A DNA stretch of 64,000 nt from an uncultured Mycoplasmatota bacterium (GTDB taxonomy: Bacteria; Bacillota_I; Bacilli_A; RF39; UBA660): contig CANPPW010000001.1 in the NCBI GenBank assembly GCA_947576095.1, forward strand, positions 5,109 to 69,108, given 5' to 3'. The position numbers were made by a program, and so were the translations under genes. The notes beneath the pieces are model-generated. The model saw only the letters and a list, made by a program, of their open reading frames with translations. It ran no database searches and was not told the DNA's origin. Below are positions 9,469 to 19,521 of this stretch, piece after piece (positions within the stretch are counted from its first letter, which is position 1; every line of letters begins with the position of its first letter).

Positions 9469-10449
9469 TTATATAGTTTTATTTACAAAAGAGAGTAGTG
9501 TTTCTTTTTTTTCATTATTGTTTATAATATTATATATTTTTTCTATTAAAGGAATTACAATATTTTTTTTCTTCATTAAATCATAAATAGCATCCATTGT
9601 ATATAGTCCCTCAATGGTTGTATTTTTCTTATATTCTTCTATAATATTTTGTTCTTTTTCTTCTCCAATAAACTTTCCTAATGTAAAATTTCTACTTTTT
9701 TCACTCATACAGGTTAAAATTAAATCACCAATACCAGCCAAACTTACAATAGTACTTTGATCCCCCCCTAAAGAAGTAATTAAATTTTCTATACTATATA
9801 AAGCTTCTATTATAAATAAACATTGAGTAGAAATAGGGTATCCCATACCATGAATAATCCCACAAGCAATTGCCATAATGTTTTTAATAGAACTACATAT
9901 TTCTACACCTAATATATCATCGTTTTCTTCTAATTTTAAATATTGATTTTGTAATGTTTTTTTAATAAAATTTGATGTTTCCGAGCATGATGATGCCAAG
10001 GTAAGTCCTGCTGGAATATAAGAAGCAAGGTCTATTGCAAACGTAGGGCCTGCAATCACAGCCATATGGTCTGTCCTGATATAATCTTCTACCACCTCAT
10101 TCATAAATTTTCCTGATTTTTTTTCAATTCCTTTTGAGGCAATTAAAATATGTTGATTGGGAGTAAAATAGTTGCTTAATTCCATGCATGTTTCTCTAAT
10201 AAACTGTGCTGGTATAGCTAGCACAATAAGATCAGAATCTTTTACAGCTGCTCTTAAATCGGTTGTAAAAGAGATATCAGAAGGAATTTGTATAGAAGGT
10301 AAAACTTTCTCATGTGCATGTTTTTTTATAAGCATATTTTTTTCTTCTTCAAATTTAGTCCACATTGTAATTGTACAATTGTTTTCATGGAACATCAGAG
10401 AAAGAGCAATTCCATAAGCCCCTGTTCCTAATATTGTAATTTTTTTCAT
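9469..10449 (-). CDS. gpsA: NAD(P)H-dependent glycerol-3-phosphate dehydrogenase
   Basis: KITILGTGAYG Rossmann N-terminus, conserved GpsA core. Confidence 0.9.
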   Translation of the reverse strand: MKKITILGTGAYGIALSLMFHENNCTITMWTKFEEEKNMLIKKHAHEKVLPSIQIPSDISFTTDLRAAVKDSDLIVLAIPAQFIRETCMELSNYFTPNQHILIASKGIEKKSGKFMNEVVEDYIRTDHMAVIAGPTFAIDLASYIPAGLTLASSCSETSNFIKKTLQNQYLKLEENDDILGVEICSSIKNIMAIACGIIHGMGYPISTQCLFIIEALYSIENLITSLGGDQSTIVSLAGIGDLILTCMSEKSRNFTLGKFIGEEKEQNIIEEYKKNTTIEGLYTMDAIYDLMKKKNIVIPLIEKIYNIINNNEKKETLLSFVNKTI

Positions 10450-11672
10450 TTTTTCATCCTTTCTAAAGCATCATATATTCTTTTCAAAACAGATTCAAAT
10501 TTACTAGAATTTTTGGGTTTATAATATTTTTTATTTTTAAGCTGATCTGGGAGATATTGCTGCTTAACAAAAGCATTAGGATAATCATGCGGATATTTAT
10601 ATTCTTTGGCATTTGTTTTAATATGAGCAGGAACATTTCCAATATTTCCGCCCCTCACATCAGCAAGGGCTGCATCTAGTGCTAAATGACCTGTATTTGA
10701 TTTAGGTGACAGGGCAAGTTCAATCACTATATTCCCTAAAGGAATTCGTGCTTCGGGAAGCCCTAATCTTTCTGCTGCATGAATTGCAGCATCTACTTTG
10801 GGCCCTATAGATGGATTAGCAAGACCAATATCTTCATAAGCAATTACAGTCATTCTTCTATAGATAATATCTAAATCTTCAGCTTCTATAAGTCTAGCCA
10901 GATAATGAAGGGCTGCATCTACATCACTACCCCGAATAGATTTTTGAAAGGCACTAATGACATCATAATGACCATCACCATTTTGATCATGAAAAAATTG
11001 AGGTTTGGTATTGATATTTTTGAGTATATCTATAGTAATATGGAAATCAGATGATGTATAATATGCAACTTCTAATAAATTATAGGCATACCTTAAATCT
11101 CCACCAGATAACATAACAATGTATTCTATTTCCTTTTGTTTAATTTGGATATCTTTTAAATAATTACTTTCAACAGCCTTTAAAATACCTTGTTTTACAT
11201 TTTCGTCGCTTAATTCTTTTAACTCAAATATTTGGCATCTACTTCGTATAGCTGGATTAATTTTATGAAAAGGATTTGATGTAGTCATGCCAATCAAAGT
11301 AATAAGTCCACTTTCTAAATAGGGAAGTAAAAGATCTTGCTTGTCTTTATTGAGCCGATGAAATTCATCAACAATTAAAACAATACCATTGTATAGTTTA
11401 GCTTCTTCTATTACAATATCAAAATCTTTCTTACTATGTATGGCAGCATTTAAAGTTTTATATCGCAATTCTAATTCATTTACAATTGCTCCAGCAATTG
11501 AAGTTTTACCAATTCCTGGTTTTCCATATAAGATCATAGAAAATAATTTTTTATGTTTAACCATATTATAAATAACCTTATCTTTTCCTATTAAGTGTTC
11601 TTGTCCTACAATATCTTCTACTGTTTTTGGTCTCATTTTAATTGCTAAAGGATCCATCATCTTTATCACCAT
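10446..11672 (-). CDS. rarA: replication-associated recombination protein A (AAA+)
   Basis: GKPGIGKTSIA Walker A, DEFHRLNK Walker B, MgsA C-terminal domain. Confidence 0.9.
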   Translation of the reverse strand: MVIKMMDPLAIKMRPKTVEDIVGQEHLIGKDKVIYNMVKHKKLFSMILYGKPGIGKTSIAGAIVNELELRYKTLNAAIHSKKDFDIVIEEAKLYNGIVLIVDEFHRLNKDKQDLLLPYLESGLITLIGMTTSNPFHKINPAIRSRCQIFELKELSDENVKQGILKAVESNYLKDIQIKQKEIEYIVMLSGGDLRYAYNLLEVAYYTSSDFHITIDILKNINTKPQFFHDQNGDGHYDVISAFQKSIRGSDVDAALHYLARLIEAEDLDIIYRRMTVIAYEDIGLANPSIGPKVDAAIHAAERLGLPEARIPLGNIVIELALSPKSNTGHLALDAALADVRGGNIGNVPAHIKTNAKEYKYPHDYPNAFVKQQYLPDQLKNKKYYKPKNSSKFESVLKRIYDALERMKK

Positions 11673-11746
11673 TCTTATTTTATCAAATTTTGAAAAAAAT
11701 AGATAGGTATGATATAATGAAACAAAATAAAGTAGGTGAGTAGTGT

Positions 11747-12634
11747 TTGAGGACTTTTACGATTTGTATAGAGGAATTTTTATCATATCTGAGAATTGAC
11801 AAGAAATATAGTGAAAATACCATTATTTCTTATCATAATGATTTAAAAAAATACGCCGATTTTATGTTAGCACGTAAACTAGAGATTGACTTTGTTACAC
11901 GTAAAGATATCGAACTTTACTTAGATGAACTTAAAAATAAGCAAATTAGTGTTCGTTCCATTTCGCGTTCTATTTCTACAATTCGAAGTTTTTATAAATT
12001 TTTAGCATTACATCAAAAACAGCAAAAAAATCCAATTGAATTAATAGAGCTTCCCAAACTTGGAAAACAAATTCCTAAAGTTCTTTGTGAAGAAGATATA
12101 AATAAATTATTATCAATAAATCCAATCACTAATTTTGACTATAGAAACAAAGCCATGCTTGAAGTGATGTATGCTTGTGGTCTTAGGGTGAGCGAACTAG
12201 TAAATCTTACCATTTATGATATCGATTTCGATGAAAATCTTGTTCGTACCAATGGAAAGGGGAGTAAGGAGAGAATTATTCCTATTGGGGATATGGCTAT
12301 ATCCGCTTTACTTGACTATTTAAAAATAAGAGATTCCATGTTAAAAAGAGAAAAAAATAATTATCTTTTTCTCAATAATCATGGAAGAAAATTAACAAGA
12401 CAAGGTTTTTTTAAAATCATTAAATGTATAGCGAAAGAAAGAGGAATCAAAACTGAATTTTCTCCTCATACACTTAGACACTCATTTGCATCACACTTAT
12501 TAAAATATGGTGCGGATTTAAGAACTATACAAGAAATGTTAGGACATAGTGATATCTCTACTACACAAATTTACACACAAATTGAAGATAATACTAAAAG
12601 TACAATATATCATGAAAAGCATCCTCATGGATAA
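11747..12634 (+). CDS. xerD: tyrosine site-specific recombinase, Xer type (TTG start)
   Basis: R..HxxR..Y catalytic residues, C-terminal LRHSFASHLLKYGADLRTIQEMLGHSDISTTQIYT; XerD versus XerC cannot be decided. Confidence 0.75.
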   Translation: MRTFTICIEEFLSYLRIDKKYSENTIISYHNDLKKYADFMLARKLEIDFVTRKDIELYLDELKNKQISVRSISRSISTIRSFYKFLALHQKQQKNPIELIELPKLGKQIPKVLCEEDINKLLSINPITNFDYRNKAMLEVMYACGLRVSELVNLTIYDIDFDENLVRTNGKGSKERIIPIGDMAISALLDYLKIRDSMLKREKNNYLFLNNHGRKLTRQGFFKIIKCIAKERGIKTEFSPHTLRHSFASHLLKYGADLRTIQEMLGHSDISTTQIYTQIEDNTKSTIYHEKHPHG

Positions 12635-12647
12635 AAGGGAGAAGAGT

Positions 12648-13358
12648 ATGTTTACATTTGAATCAAAGAAAGAATATGAAAAGTTTATAGAATATCTATT
12701 TTCTCTGCAGGATATCAAATATAAGAATTTTCACCAAGGTCTTTTTAAAGAAGATATAACCTTGATTGGGGTTCGAACACCTCAGCTTAAAAGAATAGCG
12801 AAAGAGATTGCCAAACAAGATTTTCATCAATTTTTAAAATATAATACACATACATATTATGAAGAATCAGTTTTACATGGTTTAGTAATTGGATATTTAA
12901 AGTATGATATTAAAGATATTTATTCATATATATTGGATTTTCTACCATTTAATACAAATTGGGCGATCAATGATATTACTTGTGCTAATTTGAAAATATT
13001 TAAAAAAAATCAGAAAAATGGACTTTTTTTGATCTATAAATTATTAAAAAATAAAAATCCTTGGTATATCAGATTTGCATTAGTTCTTTTACTTGATCAT
13101 TATTTAGAAGAAGTTTATTTGGATGTCATCTTTGAAATCTGTGATGCGATTATTGATACATCATATTATGTTTTGATGGGAGAAGCTTGGCTTTTATCTA
13201 CATGTTTTATAAAATATCCTGAAAAAACTAAACTATATTTAAAAGATAGTAAAATAAATCCATGGGCGTATAACAAAACAATATCCAAAATATGTGATTC
13301 ATATAGAGTCTCAAGAAAAGAGAAGGAGCAAATTAGAAATTATATATGTAAAGTATAA
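12648..13358 (+). CDS. DNA alkylation repair (AlkD/AlkC-like HEAT-repeat) protein
   Basis: PF08713-like helical repeat pattern; RBS AAGGGAGAAG before MFTFESK. Confidence 0.5.
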   Translation: MFTFESKKEYEKFIEYLFSLQDIKYKNFHQGLFKEDITLIGVRTPQLKRIAKEIAKQDFHQFLKYNTHTYYEESVLHGLVIGYLKYDIKDIYSYILDFLPFNTNWAINDITCANLKIFKKNQKNGLFLIYKLLKNKNPWYIRFALVLLLDHYLEEVYLDVIFEICDAIIDTSYYVLMGEAWLLSTCFIKYPEKTKLYLKDSKINPWAYNKTISKICDSYRVSRKEKEQIRNYICKV

Positions 13359-13423
13359 TTTTATTATACAATTATATATAGTCAAAAAAACGCAATTCTA
13401 TCATATATTTTATTGGTGATATT

Positions 13424-14170
13424 ATGAGTGATACAATGTATAGCTTCATATTAACTTTATTTGCTGGATTCTCTACACTTTTAGGATCTTTACTTTTACT
13501 TTTGAAATTAAAACAAAAAGAAAATATCATTGTAGCATCTTTAAGTTTTGCAGCAGGTGTTATGATTTGTGTTTCTTTTATTGAACTCATTCCTGAAGGG
13601 TTCAAGATGATTCATTACACATATAATCCCTTTTTTTCTTTTTTATTAGTTCTTTTACTTATTAACATAGGTATAATTGTATCTAGTATTTTAGATCATT
13701 TTACAGTAAGTAAGCAAAATCATCTATATAAAGTAGGTATTATTTCTATGTTAGCTATTATTATGCATAATATTCCTGAAGGTATTGCTACTTTTTTAGC
13801 CGCCAATAATAATAGAAGTTTAGGACTTTCTTTGGCTATCGCAATTGCTTTTCATAATATTCCTGAAGGTATTGGTATTTCCATTCCAATTTATTATGCA
13901 ACCCAAAATAGAAAAAAAGCATTTTTTTATACATTAATTTCTGGTATCTCTGAACCTTTTGGTGCAATTTTGGCGTTTTTCTTTCTAAAAAATATAGTAA
14001 CTGATACAATTATGGGATTTATTTTCGCTTTTATTGCAGGTATTATGATTTATATTTCTGTTTATGAACTTTTAAAAGAAGTAAAAACCTATAAAAAAAG
14101 GAAAATCAATATTATATTTTTTATTATAGGAATATTATTTATGACATTTAATCATCTATTTTTTGGATAA
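13424..14170 (+). CDS. zupT: ZIP-family zinc transporter
   Basis: two HNIPEG motifs, 8 TM. Confidence 0.8.
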   Translation: MSDTMYSFILTLFAGFSTLLGSLLLLLKLKQKENIIVASLSFAAGVMICVSFIELIPEGFKMIHYTYNPFFSFLLVLLLINIGIIVSSILDHFTVSKQNHLYKVGIISMLAIIMHNIPEGIATFLAANNNRSLGLSLAIAIAFHNIPEGIGISIPIYYATQNRKKAFFYTLISGISEPFGAILAFFFLKNIVTDTIMGFIFAFIAGIMIYISVYELLKEVKTYKKRKINIIFFIIGILFMTFNHLFFG

Positions 14171-14241
14171 ATGTATCTTTATAATAATTAAAAAAGAGAA
14201 ATATATAATCATATTTCTCCAATTTGGGTTAAAACAATCAT

Positions 14242-14439
14242 CTATTTTAATTCAAATGAATGGCTAGAGTCATCATCATATTCAAACGATTGAGTTTCTT
14301 CTTCGTCTTCAAAACCCTTTATTTTGTTTGAATTTTTGATTTCGCTATTTTTAGCCTTAGAACTTACTTGCGTATTTTTGCTTTTGTTTTGGCTATTCAT
14401 TTTGTTTGTAGATTGCATGTTTCTATTACATTTTTTCAT
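14242..14439 (-). CDS. small hydrophilic protein, K/N/S-rich N-half and acidic C-half
   Basis: ORF with GGGTGA RBS; low-complexity composition; no homolog recognised. Confidence 0.3.
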   Translation of the reverse strand: MKKCNRNMQSTNKMNSQNKSKNTQVSSKAKNSEIKNSNKIKGFEDEEETQSFEYDDDSSHSFELK

Positions 14440-14649
14440 TATAATCACCCAATACTATTATTACCATCCAACTGCAAAATATACATAATATATAGAATGG
14501 AAAAAAAAGGAAAATTTTTGATATTATTTTGTCTTTTTAAATCTTCCTATAATATATATTATGTCAACTTCTATATTCCATAACAATAATATGATAATAG
14601 TTTTATATTCCTACTATATCTTATCTTTTTTTATTTCCATAAAAAAGAT

Positions 14650-15447
14650 TCAATCTACAACTTTTCTAGATTGAATCTCAACAATTTTTGCTAAAACTTC
14701 TGCCGCATTATCCTCATTAATTTCGGTATAATTAAGTTCTTTAAGTGCTTGTACTTTGGCAGAATTTAATTCAACTGTACGACTCATTTGTTCTTCTAAT
14801 TTATGTTCGATTTGGTTTACAAATCTTCTATGAGCTTCAGCAAGTTTGGTCTTGGATGTACCTCCATTTGTATATAATGTCATAGCTGTAAACATTATAC
14901 TTTCAAACATAAATTGCTCCTCTTCATCAAAAACAAATTCTAAAGGTTTTATAAAGCCTGTAGCTTTAGCAACATAACCCAATATATATTTAGTCTCCTT
15001 GGAAGTCTCCATAGACTGCATAAAATGATATAAATATTTTGCTGTGTTATATCCATTAGAATTAGATTTATCCTCTAACAAATCTTTAACAAAAGTCACA
15101 ATATTTTGTAGCAATTCTTGTTCGTTTTTACTAAGATTTGTAGAATTTATACTAACCAATGATTGTTGTTTATCATTTTTTAAATAATCTTCACTTGTTT
15201 TAAAAAAATTGGCCATCCTAGCTTCAACAGTCACAATATAATCAGTGTTAACTTTGATATTAGCAACATCCTCTGCAGATTTCACTCCCAATAGATTTAA
15301 TAATAACACTTTTTTATCCTTTGGCCATTTATTAAGGTCATCAAGTTCCAAATAATTATAAATCATTTGTCTAGAAACACCTAAAAATTTTGCTAATTTA
15401 ACTTTAGAAATTCCTAATTCATGTAAAATATCATTTAGTCTATCCAT
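14650..15447 (-). CDS. XRE-family HTH regulator with about 200-aa helical C-terminal domain
   Basis: HTH KVKLAKFLGVSRQMIYNYL; GGAGG RBS; a hairpin in the last codons doubles as a terminator. Confidence 0.6.
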   Translation of the reverse strand: MDRLNDILHELGISKVKLAKFLGVSRQMIYNYLELDDLNKWPKDKKVLLLNLLGVKSAEDVANIKVNTDYIVTVEARMANFFKTSEDYLKNDKQQSLVSINSTNLSKNEQELLQNIVTFVKDLLEDKSNSNGYNTAKYLYHFMQSMETSKETKYILGYVAKATGFIKPLEFVFDEEEQFMFESIMFTAMTLYTNGGTSKTKLAEAHRRFVNQIEHKLEEQMSRTVELNSAKVQALKELNYTEINEDNAAEVLAKIVEIQSRKVVD

Positions 15448-15528
15448 AAGCTTAAACCTCCATTTACATTTTATCACTTTTGCACAAAATGTCAAGGTGT
15501 CAAGTAAAAGTTAAGTCCAGAAGAGATA

Positions 15529-16638
15529 TTATAAATACCAAATTTTTTCTCCATTTTTGTAAAGTTCTGATACAATACCTCCTCCTATACATTTTTCACC
15601 ATCATATAAGACACATGCTTGTCCAGGAGTGACAGCCTTTACTCGTTGAGGATAGGTTACTAACATTTTTCCGTTTTTCAGACATTCTAGTGTAACTGCA
15701 CAATCTGGTTGTCGATAACGAAATTTAGCACTGCATTTATGGGGATAATGATCCAATATAAAATTTACATCTTCAATAATTGCAGCATCTGTAAATAAGT
15801 ATTCATTGTTATCACCTTCTGCAACATATAATATATTCTTCTGCAGATTTTTTCCAACTACGAATAATCTATTAGAAGTTCCACCGATTTTAAGACCTCT
15901 TCGTTGCCCAATCGTATAATACATAAGTCCTATATGTTCCCCTACTCTTTGATTGGTTTCAATATTTAGAATACACCCTGGTTTATTGGGTAAATAATTA
16001 TGTAAGAATTTAGAAAAATTTCGTTCTCCAATAAAGCAAATTCCGGTAGAATCCTTTTTATGGGCAGTAATTAATTGATATTTTTCAGCAATGTCTCTTA
16101 CTTCCCTTTTTTCTAAATGTCCTACTGGAAAAATAACATTTCTTAGTTGATCTTTTGTAGTCTGTGATAAAAAATAGGTTTGATCTTTATTTTGATCAAT
16201 TCCTCTTAAAAGTTCTCCATTTTTTATTCTTGCATAATGTCCTGTGGCAATAAAATCGGCTCCCAATTCACGTGCTTTTTTGGCAAACATATCAAATTTT
16301 ATGTATTTGTTGCACATAATATCTGGATTAGGCGTTCTTCCGTTTTTTAATTCTTCTAAAAAATATGTAAACACATAATCCCAATATTCTTTAACAAAAT
16401 CCACACGATAAAGAGGGATTTTTAATTTTTCGCAAACTGCTTTTGCATCATTATAATCTTGTTCTTGTGGGCAAATATTTAATTCCTCAAGTGTGTCATT
16501 TCCCTCAATATCATTATTTAGCATGCTATCCCAATTTCTCATAAAAAGCCCTATTACATTATATCCTTGTTCTTTCAAAAGAATGGCAGCTACACTGCTA
16601 TCAACTCCACCACTCATACCTACTACTACAGTTTTCAT
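15529..16638 (-). CDS. mnmA: tRNA-specific 2-thiouridylase
   Basis: PP-loop VGMSGGVDSS, conserved Cys residues, MnmA core. Confidence 0.9.
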   Translation of the reverse strand: MKTVVVGMSGGVDSSVAAILLKEQGYNVIGLFMRNWDSMLNNDIEGNDTLEELNICPQEQDYNDAKAVCEKLKIPLYRVDFVKEYWDYVFTYFLEELKNGRTPNPDIMCNKYIKFDMFAKKARELGADFIATGHYARIKNGELLRGIDQNKDQTYFLSQTTKDQLRNVIFPVGHLEKREVRDIAEKYQLITAHKKDSTGICFIGERNFSKFLHNYLPNKPGCILNIETNQRVGEHIGLMYYTIGQRRGLKIGGTSNRLFVVGKNLQKNILYVAEGDNNEYLFTDAAIIEDVNFILDHYPHKCSAKFRYRQPDCAVTLECLKNGKMLVTYPQRVKAVTPGQACVLYDGEKCIGGGIVSELYKNGEKIWYL

Positions 16639-16679
16639 GAAACTCCTTCTTCCTTCTATTATTGTATCATAAAAACCAT

Positions 16680-17312
16680 CTATATACCAAGTATTTCTAA
16701 TACCTTACTAAGCACCTCTGGTAAAATAAATGCCTCATATGCATTCATCAATAGACAACCCACTACACAGATTAAAAACACCCATAAATATTTATATAAA
16801 ATATACTTAAAATCAATTGCTTTCTTTTTTACAAAACAATCTACTAGTTTTAGAGAAAGCGTAATCGCATAATTTAATAAAACAATATAAATACAAATAG
16901 TAATAACCCCATGTGGAAAATAATATAAAAATGATAAAAGACATCCTTTCATTTTCCAGTTTAGAATAAAATTTGAAATAGAAAATCCAATTACAAACAT
17001 TTTAGAAAAATAAAGAAAAAGCATAATAGGAACTCCTATAACAGATATTCCTAAAAGCCAAATTCCTCCTAAAAATAAAAAAGTCTGAAATGTTGTTTGT
17101 ATATAACTTCTAAAAGATCCTATTTTATGCTGTTTTATATTTATGATAAATTCATTCATATATTCACGAATAAGTGTTTTATCTGCATCTTGTAATAAAA
17201 TTGTATAAAATGTACCCAATGCAATCCCAATGATTGCTAATCCAACTAGAAAATATACAACTTTTTTATTTACAGTTACTGTCTGTTTGAGCTTGTCCCA
17301 ATTTTTCTTCAT
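16680..17312 (-). CDS. spoIIM: stage II sporulation protein M-like membrane protein
   Basis: 5-TM protein; LLGISVIGVPIMLFLYFSKMFVIGFSISNFIL...GCLLSFLYYFPHGV aligns with the B. subtilis SpoIIM core. Confidence 0.6.
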   Translation of the reverse strand: MKKNWDKLKQTVTVNKKVVYFLVGLAIIGIALGTFYTILLQDADKTLIREYMNEFIINIKQHKIGSFRSYIQTTFQTFLFLGGIWLLGISVIGVPIMLFLYFSKMFVIGFSISNFILNWKMKGCLLSFLYYFPHGVITICIYIVLLNYAITLSLKLVDCFVKKKAIDFKYILYKYLWVFLICVVGCLLMNAYEAFILPEVLSKVLEILGI

Positions 17313-17485
17313 ATTATCACCTACCAAATTATATGGAACCCTATTTAAAAATATTCCTATATTTTCCATATTTTATAATAGATAAAAAAGGATATGATAA
17401 CAGATTCTAATGTAAAGAATATTTTTTAATTGTGTAAACTATTCCCTTTTTATAAAAAAAACGCTATAATAAAATTGGTGATAGT

Positions 17486-19432
17486 ATGAGTAATAAAAAG
17501 GAAAAAAATATAAAAAAAGATAGAGAAATAGATTTGGGTACCTATGTACCAGAAAGTATGATGGATCATTTGCGACAAAAAGGAAGCAGTGACTCTAATT
17601 ATAAAAGCCACCAGTTCCCTTTAGATACAGAATATTCAAATTCTAGAAAAGGGATGGAAAATATATTGTTTTTTCTAGTTATCCTTATGTTTCTAGTAGC
17701 TTGTGTTTTTTTTGGATATACAATTATAATTGGTCCAAATGATATCAAACAATTAGAACACATAATCAATAGCACTTGGCTTCTTATCTTAAGTGCAAGT
17801 ATGATGATGAGTTATATAACCAAAAACAAAAAAACAAAAAAAATAGGGACCTTTCTCTCCTCTGTTCTGATGATTGGTTTTATTAGTTTTAACCTATTGT
17901 TAAATTGTGGGATAGTCATTCTTAAACAAAATGATGTCATGAAAGACTTTACAGGAAAAACAATCACAGAAGCCATGGCATGGGCTGAAAAACATAATAT
18001 CACAATTAATCAAACATATGATAATAGCGAAGTGTTTGAAACATATGATATTATCAAACAAGATGTCTATCCAAATACACTTTTAAAAAATGTTAAAGAA
18101 ATTAATTTTGTTATTTCGGATGGTCCAGATTATGAAAAGGAAGTTTCTATAACAGATATGACAGGTTGGAATATTGATGAAGCTGTAAAAATTATTGATG
18201 AAAATTTTCTAAACCATGTTACAGTAGAGTTTGAAGAAAATAAAGAGATTTCACGTGATACCATCCTATCACAAAGTAAAAAAGGAATTATGAAGAGAAA
18301 TGAAGAGCTTATATTAAAAGTTTCGCTGGGAACTAAAGATAATATTACAGATATTGATATGATTAATCTAAAAAAAATGACAGAGTTTAAAGCCTTATTA
18401 TGGTTAAAAAGAAATGATATTCCCTATGAAATTAAAAGAGAATTTTCAGATACAATTGCTAAAGGAAAAGTTATATGTCAGGATGTTAAAACAGGAACAA
18501 CTATAAATCATGATACCACTGTTCATTTAACTATTTCGAGAGGGAAAAAAATTATTGTTCCCGACTTAACTAAAATGAACAGTAAAAATATTACCAATTG
18601 GATTGTAAAAAACAAATTAAAAGTAGAGTTTGAAGAAAAATATGATACAAAAATAAAAAAAGGAAATATTATAAGTACAAATTATAACAAAAATGATGAA
18701 ATTGAAGAAGGAACTACTATTCATATTGTATTATCAAAAGGGAAATTGATTTTACCAGGTTTTTCAAATCTAGATGATTTTAGAAATTGGGCAAAACAAT
18801 ATAATATTCTATATCGTGAAGAATATAAGCAAGATAAAAATATTAAAAAAGGAGAGATTATCGGTTTTTCTGCAAAAGAAGGAGATTCGCTGGATATAAA
18901 TGATACAATTGTGGTATATATATCTAGTGGCACTACTACAGTTATTCCTAACTTTGTTGGAATGAAAAAAGCAGATATTGAAAAGAAATGTCAAGATTTG
19001 AAAATACAATGTACATTTTATTATGCTGGTACAAGTACTAAAGATAGAGATATTGCATTGAACCAAAATAAAAAAGCAGGATCTGAAGTTCTACAAGATA
19101 CATATGTAAATATAGGACTTAGCACAGGAAAAAAGAATTCTAATAACACTAATGTAAATACTTCTCCTGTAAAACCAACAACTCCGCCTCCTTCTACTCC
19201 AACACCAGCACCTTCTTGTAAACAAAAAACGATCTATTTGAATGCTGGAGGTAGCGTAGATCAAACCAAAGCAATGATTAAAAATCAAAATCCTGACTTC
19301 AAATTTAATTTTGTAACAGGAGATCCAGGATATGGAACAAATGGATCTTTATATGCTGGTATGTTTGAAAAATATCAAGGTAAGACATTTAGTACATGTG
19401 ATACAATTACTATTTATATTGTTTCAAGATAA
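17486..19432 (+). CDS. polytopic membrane protein with about 6 tandem PASTA-like repeats, a Pro/Thr linker and a C-terminal domain; no kinase or PBP domain
   Basis: 3-4 TM then repeated roughly 65-aa units (e.g. VPDLTKMNSKNITNWIVKNKLKV); PTTPPPSTPTPAPS linker. Confidence 0.65.
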   Translation: MSNKKEKNIKKDREIDLGTYVPESMMDHLRQKGSSDSNYKSHQFPLDTEYSNSRKGMENILFFLVILMFLVACVFFGYTIIIGPNDIKQLEHIINSTWLLILSASMMMSYITKNKKTKKIGTFLSSVLMIGFISFNLLLNCGIVILKQNDVMKDFTGKTITEAMAWAEKHNITINQTYDNSEVFETYDIIKQDVYPNTLLKNVKEINFVISDGPDYEKEVSITDMTGWNIDEAVKIIDENFLNHVTVEFEENKEISRDTILSQSKKGIMKRNEELILKVSLGTKDNITDIDMINLKKMTEFKALLWLKRNDIPYEIKREFSDTIAKGKVICQDVKTGTTINHDTTVHLTISRGKKIIVPDLTKMNSKNITNWIVKNKLKVEFEEKYDTKIKKGNIISTNYNKNDEIEEGTTIHIVLSKGKLILPGFSNLDDFRNWAKQYNILYREEYKQDKNIKKGEIIGFSAKEGDSLDINDTIVVYISSGTTTVIPNFVGMKKADIEKKCQDLKIQCTFYYAGTSTKDRDIALNQNKKAGSEVLQDTYVNIGLSTGKKNSNNTNVNTSPVKPTTPPPSTPTPAPSCKQKTIYLNAGGSVDQTKAMIKNQNPDFKFNFVTGDPGYGTNGSLYAGMFEKYQGKTFSTCDTITIYIVSR

Positions 19433-19521
19433 GATTTTTCTTATCTTTTTTTATTCTATAATTCATATCAAAAAAAGCATAGAATTTTATTTATCTATGC
19501 TTTTTTTCAACATTAACTGTA

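Noticed and set aside
11747-12634. Tyrosine recombinase as a marker of a prophage or integrative element
   Set aside because: It has the Xer-type C-terminal motif. It sits between conserved chromosomal genes (rarA/gpsA and alkylation repair/zupT). No phage or conjugation genes, att-like direct repeats, tRNA target or compositional shift are visible.
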